A stretch of DNA of 64,000 nucleotides from an uncultured virus (IMG/VR IMGVR_UViG_3300022885_000008) (Duplodnaviria > Heunggongvirae > Uroviricota > Caudoviricetes), in the IMG/VR virus record IMGVR_UViG_3300022885_000008, one strand, 5' to 3'. Positions within the stretch are counted from its first letter, which is position 1; each line of letters opens with the position of its first letter. The notes under the pieces were generated by a model. The model worked only from the letters and a program-made list of their open reading frames with translations. It searched no databases and had not been told where the DNA came from. Position numbers and translations under genes: made by a program. Shown piece after piece: positions 48,579 to 59,635 of this stretch.

Positions 48579-50435
48579 TTAAATTATTTCACACGAACCA
48601 CCTGCACAGGCTAGTTCACCTGTAAGATCAGTATTATCTTCCGATTCAATTATCTTACTTACATCGATTTCATGTAGGTTTTTAGACAACGATTCATATT
48701 CTTCTTTGGTAATATCCTGGAAAGGGGCTTGGACATAAGTATGATTTGAATAGGGTAGTACAGACAACCCGTTGTAATGATTTCTATTATTCCACATCCA
48801 ATCACCAACTAAATCCCATTCATCATCCTTGACTGATATGGTAGCTGATATATTATGTGTGTTGTTTCCATTTCTATGACCGGGATATATCCATTCTGTA
48901 GATAGTTTCTTTATTCTATCCAATAAATCAAATGTAGATTCAGTACGAATTATGGCGCCGAATGGAGCCTTCTGTGGTACTTCAATCACCGCTGTATCAT
49001 GTGGCCGGAAATATTCATCCTTTACTAATTCGGGATGATTTTTTAATAGATAGGAATAAATAGCTTCATTCTTACCCACTCTAAGTCTACGGAGATAATA
49101 GTCATTGTGCCATGCGTGAGCTCCAGATGATGTACCAAGAGTCAATGAAGTTGTACCTGCTGGCTTACCACATGTGGTTCTAGCAGCTTTATTAATACCA
49201 ATTAATTTAGCTACCCTTTCGTTTTCATCATTTACAATTTTAGCTGCTTCGGTCATATCATATCCCAAAACAATACCACTTGCAATACCTGTCATACTAA
49301 CTCCAATAAGTGCATCTTTTTCAGTAGTACGTTGCCATACAGGTCTAAGATAATGAAAATCAGTATAGGCCGCCTGTAGTGTTGCTATGAAGGATGCTGC
49401 TCTAACCCTATTATTATAATCTTCCTGTGATTCTATGTTAGAAGCATTTACCTCAACTAGATTACAAAACTGATATGGTCTAAGTGCAATTTCACAGCAG
49501 GGATTAGTGCCCCAATCTTTATCATTTGATAGGTAGATTCCTGGTTCACCTGCGCCGGATAATTCAATACGTTTCCATAAATCAAAAAAGAATTCTTTAC
49601 TGATTCTATGTCGCATCAATACCGCTGAATTATTAGCTCTACCACGTTGCGGATTGTTTTCCCACCATGTACCACTTTTTGCTGATATCATATCATCATC
49701 ATCGGCAGAAAATAATGCAATAAGCGCTGCTCTACGGATACCGCCGGCCAATACAGCGTCAGCTATATGACATACAATATCATAAACTTCAATTGGAGAT
49801 AACTTATCACCGTTGTTTTTATTTGATAAGATACCTCCAATTTTTACTAAACACTCTTTTAATGGTTGGGGGCCCGGAGCCTTTCCACCTGATGTTATCA
49901 ACAATGAGCCTTTTGGTCTAATGTCTGAAAAATCAAATTTAATCTGGCTACCACCAAATAAATAACTTTTCATTAAAACCTTAACTGCATCAGCCCAACC
50001 CTGAATTGAGTCATCGATTAAAAATCGTCTGGTTCTATTTGTATTTGGTCGCCTAATTTCAGGAAGAGATGCAACATGATGCTTTTGTACTGAAAAGCCT
50101 ACGCCTGACCCACCCAGAAGTAGAAACATAATTTCACTAAATGAACGCCAGTCATCTATGGGTAGATATGCACAGTTATATAATCGATTGGGACTTATTT
50201 CAATTGGCTTCCCAGCAAACTGCATGGACCGCATTGAGGGTAAAATCTTTTTATCATAAACATATGTATATGCGTGCTCAATTTCATCTGTCAACTGTGG
50301 ATATTTTTTTAAATGCATACCCTTATTTCGGTCAACAAGTTCGTACCAAGTTTCCCTTCTTTTCAATTCGGGGATGTATTTGGCGTACTTCATGTGCACC
50401 GTAATTTCGCTAAGTATTTTGTTGGATATATCCAT
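48579..50435 (-). CDS. nrdJ: class II (adenosylcobalamin-dependent) ribonucleotide reductase
   Basis: YNC, GGIRRAA, TNPCCEI, KPAGT, ACAGGSCE. Confidence 0.92.
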   Translation of the reverse strand: MDISNKILSEITVHMKYAKYIPELKRRETWYELVDRNKGMHLKKYPQLTDEIEHAYTYVYDKKILPSMRSMQFAGKPIEISPNRLYNCAYLPIDDWRSFSEIMFLLLGGSGVGFSVQKHHVASLPEIRRPNTNRTRRFLIDDSIQGWADAVKVLMKSYLFGGSQIKFDFSDIRPKGSLLITSGGKAPGPQPLKECLVKIGGILSNKNNGDKLSPIEVYDIVCHIADAVLAGGIRRAALIALFSADDDDMISAKSGTWWENNPQRGRANNSAVLMRHRISKEFFFDLWKRIELSGAGEPGIYLSNDKDWGTNPCCEIALRPYQFCNLVEVNASNIESQEDYNNRVRAASFIATLQAAYTDFHYLRPVWQRTTEKDALIGVSMTGIASGIVLGYDMTEAAKIVNDENERVAKLIGINKAARTTCGKPAGTTSLTLGTSSGAHAWHNDYYLRRLRVGKNEAIYSYLLKNHPELVKDEYFRPHDTAVIEVPQKAPFGAIIRTESTFDLLDRIKKLSTEWIYPGHRNGNNTHNISATISVKDDEWDLVGDWMWNNRNHYNGLSVLPYSNHTYVQAPFQDITKEEYESLSKNLHEIDVSKIIESEDNTDLTGELACAGGSCEII

Positions 50436-50483
50436 TTAATTTTCCTGTATTTTTTGTTATTAGGTTTATATAAATATCAGCCA

Positions 50484-51839
50484 TTAGGCTCCGCCAGTCA
50501 ATTCTTTGAACTTATTTTTCAAATAAGCTCTGGAATGATCGTCGCCATTGGCCATCGATGTTGCCATCTTAGTACCCTGGCTAGAGTTTCCGTCGAACAC
50601 GTCAATTTTTCCATTAGATGCATTCATTTGGGTTGGCAATGTAATACCATCAGGTCCGAATCTGTTTTTGATAATGTGAATTCTACCAGTACCAGCTATC
50701 TTATCATCCAACTTTCTACTTAGCGACATTACAACATCAGCGGTCATAATCTTACTGTAGTCTTCTGATATCTTGTCGGCACCGATCACATCATCTTCAA
50801 GTGACGATCTGTTAGCTTGCGAGGCGGTCCACAGTGGAACTTCATATTCACCGGCCAACCCTCTTAGATGTTCGTATATACTACCGATTTCATGTCGAAC
50901 TTCTTTACTTGTCAATGTACTTCGAAGCAAGTCTGCATAATCCACTATAATTAAATCAGGCTTCACATCTTGAATCATACACTTTTCGATGTGACTTGAT
51001 ATAGTATTCGTTGTAGCTGATTTGGTATTGTAGTGTTTGATAATTAAATTACCGTCGAGTGTAGATAATCTACGTTTAACATCATCTAAATTATACTTTA
51101 AGTTTTGGTTTGGTATTCCTGTTAGGATTGAATCATAACGTAACCCAACATATGCTGCATTTAATTCAAGAGTATAATGTAAAACAGTATAGCCGGCCTT
51201 AATCGCATTTGCGCCGATGTTGGCCAATAACCAAGATTTACCAATACCAGCGGGGGCCACTACCACACCTAATTCACCCTTACCTAAGCCACCATCAATC
51301 AGGTCATCGATTACATCCCATCCCGTTTCCTTACATGCTCGTACTGATTCTTCATATCGTTCATCAATATTAACCATATAGTCATGGCCTATGTCACGGT
51401 CACTTCCAGCTTTCATAGCTGCATCAATCATTTCTTTAATAGAATCGTACTTACCATTCTTAAGTAAAGATACGGATTCCATAATAGCAGCTTTAAGCTT
51501 TTGATTCTTACAAAATTCTATACTTTTTTCCTTGACAAATTCTAAGTCAGCTGATTCTGTGTATTTCCATACATCTTTTAAATGGTCAATGACCACTTCC
51601 TTTAATACTTTATCTTCTATTTCCGCTATGGCAACTTTCATTACTTCCAACGTAACATTTGATTTATACTTTATAAAATATGCACGAATTGCATCAATTA
51701 TAAATTGATTGGCATCGCTTTCAAAGTATTCTGTTTCTAATATATCAATTATTTGATTTAAAAAAACCCTATCTTTGAATAGGGCTGAAAGTAGTTTTAT
51801 TTGGAATACATATCCAAATTCACTTAATTTGTCGGTCAT
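50484..51839 (-). CDS. replicative DnaB-like helicase (gp41-like)
   Basis: APAGIGKS, TLEL, VDYAD, TASQ, KNRFG. Confidence 0.93.
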   Translation of the reverse strand: MTDKLSEFGYVFQIKLLSALFKDRVFLNQIIDILETEYFESDANQFIIDAIRAYFIKYKSNVTLEVMKVAIAEIEDKVLKEVVIDHLKDVWKYTESADLEFVKEKSIEFCKNQKLKAAIMESVSLLKNGKYDSIKEMIDAAMKAGSDRDIGHDYMVNIDERYEESVRACKETGWDVIDDLIDGGLGKGELGVVVAPAGIGKSWLLANIGANAIKAGYTVLHYTLELNAAYVGLRYDSILTGIPNQNLKYNLDDVKRRLSTLDGNLIIKHYNTKSATTNTISSHIEKCMIQDVKPDLIIVDYADLLRSTLTSKEVRHEIGSIYEHLRGLAGEYEVPLWTASQANRSSLEDDVIGADKISEDYSKIMTADVVMSLSRKLDDKIAGTGRIHIIKNRFGPDGITLPTQMNASNGKIDVFDGNSSQGTKMATSMANGDDHSRAYLKNKFKELTGGA

Positions 51840-51843
51840 GGTA

Positions 51844-52896
51844 TTATGAATGTGTTTTTGATGCCATGGCATCTAAGGTGAAAAATACTTCACGTAACCA
51901 CAAGTCTGGGTTTTTAATTGATCCGTTCATCATATCCTCAAGTATCATTTTGTTAATCATCATCTTGTTTAACCTGGGAATTGGATTAATAACTTGGTTT
52001 GATATTGAAGTTTTTGCATGCCCTGAAATATCTACTTCTTTAAGCTGCATTAATATATAGTTACGTTCTACTATGTCGAATGAATTGCGGACAGCAGCAA
52101 GTAACTTAAGCGTAGATTCACTGTCAGTTACAAATTTCTTAATGTCATCCATTTCAACCTTATCGGATTCGAATAACATTGGTATTATTTTTTGTAGTGT
52201 CTTCGGCCCAGCGCCTTTAATACCACCAATACCATCTGATGTATCACCTATGAAAGTTCTATATTCAAGGAAGTTATGAGCTTCAACTCCAAATTCTTCT
52301 TTAATAGTAGAATCAAAGTAATATTTTTTCTTTGTCGGACTCCAAACAGCTACTCTCTTATCTACCAATTGAAGAAAATCCTTGTCCGTAGACATTATGA
52401 AACATTGTGCTTCGGTGTATATCTGCTGAGAAATATATGCAATAGAATCATCGGCTTCAATGTTATCTATACATAAAACCGTCAATGGCATTTTCTCCAG
52501 ATATTCCAACAAACGAACCATTTGCTGTTGCATAGAGATTTCTTCGTCTGCAACTGACAATGATACTTGGCGAAACGGAGTTACTTTGTTTTTTCTATTT
52601 TCTTTATATCCGCTATATAACTTTTTTCGTCTAACAGAGCCGCCCGCGCCATCGAAACAAATAATTACTCTGGTGGGTTTGATATTCTTTATGGCGTATC
52701 CAATTGACAATAAGAACCCAGCCATACCACCAATATGAACACCATTTTCATTTGTTGCTGGATTTGCTGCGAATGCACGAATAAAAGTATTGAGGCCGTC
52801 CACTAACAAGACCCTAGAATTAGGGTCATTGTTAAGTGTGGATTGGCCTTCTTTTATACCGTCTAGTATTTTAAAATATCTAGATGACTTACTCAT
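51844..52896 (-). CDS. 5'-3' exonuclease/flap endonuclease (T4 RNase H-like)
   Basis: LLVDG, FDG, YKENR, EADD, DKDFLQL, GDTSD. Confidence 0.93.
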   Translation of the reverse strand: MSKSSRYFKILDGIKEGQSTLNNDPNSRVLLVDGLNTFIRAFAANPATNENGVHIGGMAGFLLSIGYAIKNIKPTRVIICFDGAGGSVRRKKLYSGYKENRKNKVTPFRQVSLSVADEEISMQQQMVRLLEYLEKMPLTVLCIDNIEADDSIAYISQQIYTEAQCFIMSTDKDFLQLVDKRVAVWSPTKKKYYFDSTIKEEFGVEAHNFLEYRTFIGDTSDGIGGIKGAGPKTLQKIIPMLFESDKVEMDDIKKFVTDSESTLKLLAAVRNSFDIVERNYILMQLKEVDISGHAKTSISNQVINPIPRLNKMMINKMILEDMMNGSIKNPDLWLREVFFTLDAMASKTHS

Positions 52897-54011
52897 TGTT
52901 CGGGAATATCTGAATCAAGTGTTATTTCATCGGGCGCAATATCAGCTGTCTTATATGACATAATCACAGCATCTGCGATACGGTCATAGATATCAGCTTT
53001 ATTAGCCGGGTCTGATAACACTTTGGCCAAGAAATCCTTAGCTTGAAATTTGATTTCTTCTCCAGATTCTTGACTAACGTATGTATACCAAGCCCCGCCT
53101 TGTTTGACAATATCATAATCAACCATTACCGATAGCCATCCGGCTTCATCGCTAATACCCGAATCAAAATATATTTCAAATTCAGCGGTTCTTAATGGCG
53201 GTCCCATTCGATTCTTGACCACCGTAGCTTTCGTTTTAATCCCAATTACATGATCTTTACCACCTATTTTTATTGACAATTTTCCAATTGACTTTAATCG
53301 TAAGCGACATGATGAATGGAATTGTAGAGCCTTGCCACCTGATGTAGTTAGTTTGTCACCAAACATCACACCAAGTTTTTCACGTAATTGATTTGTAAAA
53401 ACCAAACATACGCGCTGGCGGCCGATAAGTTGAGTAATCTTCCGCATAGCCTTTGAAATAACAATTGCTTTTCCGGTTGACCACCCATCTTTATTATAAT
53501 CGGCGTCTTGTTCTAATTTAGTTGTGGCCGCTGCCACCGAATCAACTACTATAGTTACAAGTTTATCTTTATCAGATTCTCTAACTTTCAAAATAATATT
53601 TTCAATTATTTCGAATATATCTTCTATAGTTTCGGTTTGAATATATAGTAGCTTTTCTAAATCAATTCCAATTGCTGTAAGGAATTCTTCATGTATTGCG
53701 TTTTCGGTATCAATGAAAACAGCAATACCATCCTTTTTCTGTGTATTAGCCAAAACATGTGCAGCTACTAGAGATTTTCCAGATGCTTCCATGCCTGTTA
53801 TTTCGGTAATCCTGCCAACGGGAATACCACCGTGCTTTCGATTTGATATAGCAAAATCGAGCATCGATGATCCGGTTGAAATCCATTCCGTTAAATCGGT
53901 AGGGGTTTCTTCCGAACCATCCAAAAAATAAGCGGTCTTATGGTCCTTAAATTTTTTGTTTATGCTGTCAGCTATAACTTTACTTAAGTTATCCTTGTTC
54001 ATCGGAGTCAT
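52893..54011 (-). CDS. recA: RecA/UvsX recombinase
   Basis: GMEASGKS, IDTE, VVDSVAA, NQLR, SGGKAL. Confidence 0.93.
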   Translation of the reverse strand: MTPMNKDNLSKVIADSINKKFKDHKTAYFLDGSEETPTDLTEWISTGSSMLDFAISNRKHGGIPVGRITEITGMEASGKSLVAAHVLANTQKKDGIAVFIDTENAIHEEFLTAIGIDLEKLLYIQTETIEDIFEIIENIILKVRESDKDKLVTIVVDSVAAATTKLEQDADYNKDGWSTGKAIVISKAMRKITQLIGRQRVCLVFTNQLREKLGVMFGDKLTTSGGKALQFHSSCRLRLKSIGKLSIKIGGKDHVIGIKTKATVVKNRMGPPLRTAEFEIYFDSGISDEAGWLSVMVDYDIVKQGGAWYTYVSQESGEEIKFQAKDFLAKVLSDPANKADIYDRIADAVIMSYKTADIAPDEITLDSDIPEQ

Positions 54012-54177
54012 TCCAATTTGTAAGTATATGTCTAATATTAGTTAGGATATATTCTGTAATCTTCTGAATATTTCCGTTGAATACACCAAGCTTTACCAAC
54101 TCAGCAGCAAGGCTGCTGAGTGGTTTTTCGATTTTAGCGTGTATTTCCTGTTTACCATCTGTATCAATTATTGGCAT
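53989..54177 (-). CDS. hypothetical protein
   Basis: 62-aa ORF from MPIIDT. Confidence 0.5.
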   Translation of the reverse strand: MPIIDTDGKQEIHAKIEKPLSSLAAELVKLGVFNGNIQKITEYILTNIRHILTNWNDSDEQG

Positions 54178-54184
54178 AGTATGA

Positions 54185-54964
54185 TTACTTTTCGTCCGAA
54201 TTAAATAATTTGTCAAACGCATCACCTGCGTTATCAGTGGAATTCGCGCTTGTAGTAGAAAGGCTGTTAGCGGTTGTATCCGTATCAGTACCAGATTCTA
54301 CTTCGTCGCCAGCTTCACCAGCGAACTTTTCCAGCGCTCCCTTCAAGTCATCGTAACTTACTTTTTCAAACACATCATAAAAATCAGTTTGGTCATTGAT
54401 GATTTTCTTTGCGATATCCTTGTCTTCCGTTGCAGGAAGAGCATTCGGCTTAATAAGAAGTGTGGTACTTGGGAAGTTGTTAGCATCCCCAGCTGTATAC
54501 TTCACTACGATATCGCGGCCTGATTTCAAGTCTGTGATATCACCATAGTCCGGGTCAGCCATGTATGTAAGAAGTTCTTCGTACACTTTTTTACCGAATC
54601 CCCATAGTTTAACACCTTCACTTTCCTTTCCACGGACAATGACAGGTGCATACACACGCATCTTAGGATCCAATTTCCGTCCTTCTTTCCAATCATCTTT
54701 GTTGCCGGTGGACTTTAGTGCTTCGGCAAATTCAACAATAGGATCAGGTTCTCCGTATGTGGAAGGTGAAAGATAAGTTTTTCCTGCAAATCCATAATGG
54801 AAATAAGCTTCAATGAATGGGAAATCCTTATTGAATTGATATGGTACAATTCTAATTCGGTTATCACCACCGGCATCTGGCTTCCAGGTATAATTTGATT
54901 TCTTGGTTGTTGTTTTCTGTAGGTTTGATAACCTGTTTTTGATTTGATCTAAATTTAAAGACAT
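54185..54964 (-). CDS. single-stranded DNA-binding protein (gp32-like)
   Basis: WKP..G..RIRIVP, LWGFGK, acidic tail ending FDKLF. Confidence 0.85.
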   Translation of the reverse strand: MSLNLDQIKNRLSNLQKTTTKKSNYTWKPDAGGDNRIRIVPYQFNKDFPFIEAYFHYGFAGKTYLSPSTYGEPDPIVEFAEALKSTGNKDDWKEGRKLDPKMRVYAPVIVRGKESEGVKLWGFGKKVYEELLTYMADPDYGDITDLKSGRDIVVKYTAGDANNFPSTTLLIKPNALPATEDKDIAKKIINDQTDFYDVFEKVSYDDLKGALEKFAGEAGDEVESGTDTDTTANSLSTTSANSTDNAGDAFDKLFNSDEK

Positions 54965-55167
54965 AATGTTCTCTGTTTGGTTTTTGTTTGTTTAATTTGT
55001 TCCCAACGTCATTGTACTAATATAGTACTTTCTTTTTGATTTACCAAATTTTTATCTGAATTCTTTTGAAATTCTTTATTATCTGGTAGTTCCTCCTTCT
55101 TTATTATATTGTAAATATACACATAAACATTCGAAAATACAAGCGGCCAATGTTAACAAATAGTTAA

Positions 55168-55512
55168 CTATACCTTCCATAGTATTTGAATACCCAATAT
55201 AGTAACAGCTAATAGAACTGAAACCAGTGTTTTAAAGTTTATAGATTCGCCCATGAAATAGTAAGTTAAAAAAGCGAATATAATTATACCAATACCGAAC
55301 CCTATGAATCTGCCAGGCCATATGACGCCATCGAAATAAGCGTAGGTATGTTTGGTACCCATTATCATAATGTATGTGACAAGTACCGAACCTAAACTAA
55401 CAAGTAGAGGATTCTTTTCAATTACTGGATAAATAAATTGACCATTAATTTGAAACCACAATATAGACTGACTTATAAAGAATAGAATAATTGCGTATAC
55501 TAAGTGAATCAT
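55168..55512 (-). CDS. four-helix membrane protein (DMT/SMR-like)
   Basis: Four hydrophobic segments, GE motif. Confidence 0.7.
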   Translation of the reverse strand: MIHLVYAIILFFISQSILWFQINGQFIYPVIEKNPLLVSLGSVLVTYIMIMGTKHTYAYFDGVIWPGRFIGFGIGIIIFAFLTYYFMGESINFKTLVSVLLAVTILGIQILWKV

Positions 55513-55904
55513 TGAGTTATATCTATTACGTCATATAGTTCAGTACAAATATCAATCAATTCAAAGTTTCTAACTATCAATAACATATTTCTAAAGTCCG
55601 GCCAATAGATAGAATATTGTTTATCCAGTATTCCATTATTTAGTTCCATTATCAATTTATTTAGTGCATTTATAGTGTATAGCGTACTTGTTTCTTTTTT
55701 TCTATGAACCGATATTGTATCGGGGAGCATAGTGTACTTTGATTTATACGATACATTATACGTACACATCAATTCATCGTAATTATCGGCATTTTCCAAT
55801 ACAAATATTTTACTAAATGGTATATCGTGTGATTCTATAATAGAACTTATGTTATGGTCCAGTGTGGATGGACTAGAAAAGGTACATAGTAGTTGTGTTT
55901 TCAC
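55509..55904 (-). CDS. hypothetical phage protein
   Basis: 131-aa ORF. Confidence 0.75.
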   Translation of the reverse strand: MKTQLLCTFSSPSTLDHNISSIIESHDIPFSKIFVLENADNYDELMCTYNVSYKSKYTMLPDTISVHRKKETSTLYTINALNKLIMELNNGILDKQYSIYWPDFRNMLLIVRNFELIDICTELYDVIDITQ

Positions 55905-55917
55905 GCATATTCTCCAA

Positions 55918-58080
55918 TTATGATTTTGACTTAAAACAATTTTGCATAGCGGTACTGTATGTCAATGTATTGTTTGTTTTGCCGGTTGCACCAGCCTTCG
56001 ACCTGTAACTTTTCTTACCTATATCTATTGTATTACCATCCGAATCTATAGCGTATACAAACACTGTTTTGCCTGTTATATTACCTTCGGAATCTTTACT
56101 GAATTCATCAGTTTCACTTAATCTAAATTTCTGCTTAAATTCGTCAGTACTACCTACGCCAATACATTGACGTAGTATATCACCATTTACTTCTACCCCA
56201 CCCATATTAATATCAAGGGCCTCACCAGCTATAGTACTTGAATCACCGGGAACATAGTTCTTTGTCGGATAATCCATTAAATCCAAATGAAATCCTCTAA
56301 TACTTTCTTCTGCTTCCATTAACACTCCGACTTGGATTAGTTTATTCCCTACCTTTACCATAGTTTTATTTAATTCATTGACACGTTTACGCTGTAATGA
56401 AACCACACGTTTGCGTTGAACAGACAAATTTGATTTTACATCAATACCACCTGTATCTGGATGTAATGCTTGATACGCGAGGCCGATCTTGTTTATAACT
56501 TTAACATCCAAAGCCTTGCCATTACCCCCTGCAACCAATGACTGAATCATTCTGTATTTATCTTGTATCGAAAGCTGCTTAGCGCTTTTTCCAGAGGGTG
56601 CCAATAACTTATATTGATCTTTTATACCGGTTTTACCTATTATAGCCGCATCAATATTCTTTTTAATTGTCCCTTTATCGTTTTTTATAATACCCAATTG
56701 GACAGTTAATGGTAATTCTATCAATCTAGCAGCCATCGGAGTCGCCTGCTTGGTATAATTAGCTTCTATTTTAGATATCTTATTTGAATACGAAGTAACA
56801 ATTGATTTCAATTTTTGCTTAACTGCCTTATTAGTTTTGATTTCACTTATATAATCTTTATAGTTTTCGCCTTCTTGGTTCAAGGTAGAATTATCCTGTA
56901 TGTCACCTGTGGTAGTCTTATCTGAATGAAATTGAACTAATAGATTATTATTTTTATCCATAGCGAACGTAGCAGTATCAGACGGGTTCGTTCCGCTTCC
57001 ACCTGCATTTATAAATTCAACTATATCTTCCTTATCCACCTTAGTTCCATTGGGTAATATAACGGTGTTAGCGTCAGCAACAGCCTTTACCTGAGATTCA
57101 ATTGATTCAGATGAACCATAGTAAGTTTTTACTGTATCTATGGTACCAAAAAGTCCCTTGGATCGTAACGATTTAGCTCTATTAACAGTGTTATTAAACT
57201 TTACTTTCGCAGAACGACTTGCTACAATGCATTTACTATACAGATTAGGGTTATCTATATTATTTGGTATTTCACTTTTTTTAATGCCCGAAGTAGCCTT
57301 CTGTTCCTTACCAAGTTCACTATCCTTATAAGTGTCGTACATAGTTTGTGCCAAATCTTCGGTAGTCATTTCGTCATTATTCATTAATAAATGGACACCT
57401 TCACCAGACGCTATTTCATTAAACGCGCTTCCTGGTCCTCCAGGGGCCGGCTTTTTACCTGTATTCTTTTCGTAATTAGCAATTCCATATTCAATTACAT
57501 CTCGTTTTACATCAAAGTCATCTTCACCCGAAGTACCATGAACCTTAGTAGGTTCTTTGTCATCTTGCTTATCAGACGATTGTTCATCAGCGTCTGATCC
57601 GGGCTCAGGTGTAGTTAGTGTTTTCACAATTGCGGCTTTCCGTTCTTCACCCTCTTCCTTTTCCCTTTTTAGTCTATCGATATCCGATTCAGATCCATCA
57701 TCCGTTTCTGCATCTGTATCATTGGTTGATGAACTACCACTTGGTGCCGTCTTTGTTGGTTTCTTTTCAGTATCATCTTCACCTGTTAGCTTATTGTATG
57801 CTATTTTTGCCGGATGTGCATCCGCTCTAGTTCTTGCAGACTTAGCTTTCATTTCAGTACTGGCACCATCTTTGTCCACGTACTTTATCATTTCGTCATC
57901 TCCCACAGTACGTTCGGTGAGATGTAATATATATTCGTCAATGGCGCTTTGTGGCCACCCGTTCTGAATTAGAACTTCTCGAAACAATATTATATGAGAG
58001 TTGTTTTTTGGATCAACAACTCCATCATTTACTCTGTATTCCCAGTCGCGAATCAGTCTATGGATATTAGTGTTTATCAT
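55918..58080 (-). CDS. large hypothetical protein with acidic linker
   Basis: 720-aa ORF. Confidence 0.8.
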   Translation of the reverse strand: MINTNIHRLIRDWEYRVNDGVVDPKNNSHIILFREVLIQNGWPQSAIDEYILHLTERTVGDDEMIKYVDKDGASTEMKAKSARTRADAHPAKIAYNKLTGEDDTEKKPTKTAPSGSSSTNDTDAETDDGSESDIDRLKREKEEGEERKAAIVKTLTTPEPGSDADEQSSDKQDDKEPTKVHGTSGEDDFDVKRDVIEYGIANYEKNTGKKPAPGGPGSAFNEIASGEGVHLLMNNDEMTTEDLAQTMYDTYKDSELGKEQKATSGIKKSEIPNNIDNPNLYSKCIVASRSAKVKFNNTVNRAKSLRSKGLFGTIDTVKTYYGSSESIESQVKAVADANTVILPNGTKVDKEDIVEFINAGGSGTNPSDTATFAMDKNNNLLVQFHSDKTTTGDIQDNSTLNQEGENYKDYISEIKTNKAVKQKLKSIVTSYSNKISKIEANYTKQATPMAARLIELPLTVQLGIIKNDKGTIKKNIDAAIIGKTGIKDQYKLLAPSGKSAKQLSIQDKYRMIQSLVAGGNGKALDVKVINKIGLAYQALHPDTGGIDVKSNLSVQRKRVVSLQRKRVNELNKTMVKVGNKLIQVGVLMEAEESIRGFHLDLMDYPTKNYVPGDSSTIAGEALDINMGGVEVNGDILRQCIGVGSTDEFKQKFRLSETDEFSKDSEGNITGKTVFVYAIDSDGNTIDIGKKSYRSKAGATGKTNNTLTYSTAMQNCFKSKS

Positions 58081-58081
58081 T

Positions 58082-59110
58082 TCAATTGTCTGCCTTCATA
58101 TAGCCATAATGATTTCCTACACTACATCGCGATGGGAATTGCAATTTTGACTTAATAAGTTCTTTGATATAAATATCAGTCTTTTTCGTATCAAAGAGAA
58201 ATGAATCATACGTATACAATACTAATTTGGATTCTAACGGAGATAATATATCAAATAATTCAGTCAAAATCAACACATTCATTTCGGTTTCATATGCCTG
58301 GATGAGATAGTTGAATAGTTTTCGTGGATTCATGTCATCAAAATTATCACCACTTAATCTACGTTCTGCAATCGGTGTTTCAATATACCCGTTCGATATG
58401 TACGATACCCATAGACGTTCAATATATTCATCGATTAACTTAAAAAAGGTTACGTTACTATATTCATCGGCAATTCCACCATATAACATTGTAAATGATA
58501 TTGATTTGGATTGCTTATATTCATCATCAGTTATATCGTCCTTATCATAGTATAACTTAGCCATGTGTGTATGAAAACTATCATCGGGTGCATCATATTC
58601 AATAAGAGTGGATATCAAACGTAAGTGATATGCATCGTAATCAAATTCAATAAGCTTTCCACCTTCAAACCTGGATTTAAATCTAGTTCGTGACCCATCA
58701 TCTTTATTTAAAGCGGCGTAATTTACCCCTCCGTTGGAATTGGATGGGCGGCCGGTTTTTGTATATATGTTATAATGAGTATGCTCATATCCATCTGGAG
58801 TATATAATCCAGAGTCTTCTATCTTTCTAAAATATGGAATTAACTTATTTTTGTAAAATAACCACGGCGTTGAAGTAGTAAGATTGTCATCAGCTATGGT
58901 AGAATAATAGCTCTGTAGTAGTGTGAGACGCTCCCTGTGCTTACATAAAGGTATAATCATGTCTACATCGGTTCGCTTCCAATACAACCGTTTGTAGAAC
59001 GAATGAGCATCGGTTTCAATAGTATCAACGTCAAAGGCACTATTATATTTCAGATAATGAGTTAACTGTATATCGTCACATATAGATCGTATTTCGCTGA
59101 TGACTCCCAT
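58082..59110 (-). CDS. family A DNA polymerase-like protein (polymerase domain only)
   Basis: TGRPSN, EFDYDAYHLRL (motif A), K...F..LYG (B), NYLIQ, YTYDS (C). Confidence 0.8.
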   Translation of the reverse strand: MGVISEIRSICDDIQLTHYLKYNSAFDVDTIETDAHSFYKRLYWKRTDVDMIIPLCKHRERLTLLQSYYSTIADDNLTTSTPWLFYKNKLIPYFRKIEDSGLYTPDGYEHTHYNIYTKTGRPSNSNGGVNYAALNKDDGSRTRFKSRFEGGKLIEFDYDAYHLRLISTLIEYDAPDDSFHTHMAKLYYDKDDITDDEYKQSKSISFTMLYGGIADEYSNVTFFKLIDEYIERLWVSYISNGYIETPIAERRLSGDNFDDMNPRKLFNYLIQAYETEMNVLILTELFDILSPLESKLVLYTYDSFLFDTKKTDIYIKELIKSKLQFPSRCSVGNHYGYMKADN

Positions 59111-59161
59111 GGTTTGTAAATATAGGCATATTAATCGGTTAAACCAAGCGCTTTATGAAAA

Positions 59162-59635
59162 TTATCGTCTTGGGATTCGACCTGGCGCCAATGATTCACC
59201 ACCTATACGACCTATACGTACATCTACATCAGATGCATTAAATTGTAATGGATTATTCAAATGTAGCTTAAGACCAGGTAGCTGTACATTAAGTCTATGT
59301 ATTTCAGATATATTTCTATCCTTTGCTGACGTAGTTCCAATCGTATACGGTGCAACCAAATTAGATGTATCAGATAAAAACCACTTTAACGTACCTCGAA
59401 AATATAACCCCTTTGATAACTTACTGAATTTAGTGTTGTAAAATTTCTTACTAACTTCAATCGGATTCGAATCATATCTTTTAACAAAATATCGATCCAT
59501 TTGACCATTGGTATAATCTGTATCAGATGGTATTGGATAATATGAAATTACTTCTGAAAGGTATTGAGATCCAGCAAGTATTTTATCTTTATTTTTAGTA
59601 AAGAACATTTTTAATTCTCTGTCGGTGATAATCAT
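59162..59635 (-). CDS. hypothetical virion-associated protein
   Basis: P...DY..G...RYF motif; tail gene neighbourhood. Confidence 0.6.
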   Translation of the reverse strand: MIITDRELKMFFTKNKDKILAGSQYLSEVISYYPIPSDTDYTNGQMDRYFVKRYDSNPIEVSKKFYNTKFSKLSKGLYFRGTLKWFLSDTSNLVAPYTIGTTSAKDRNISEIHRLNVQLPGLKLHLNNPLQFNASDVDVRIGRIGGESLAPGRIPRR

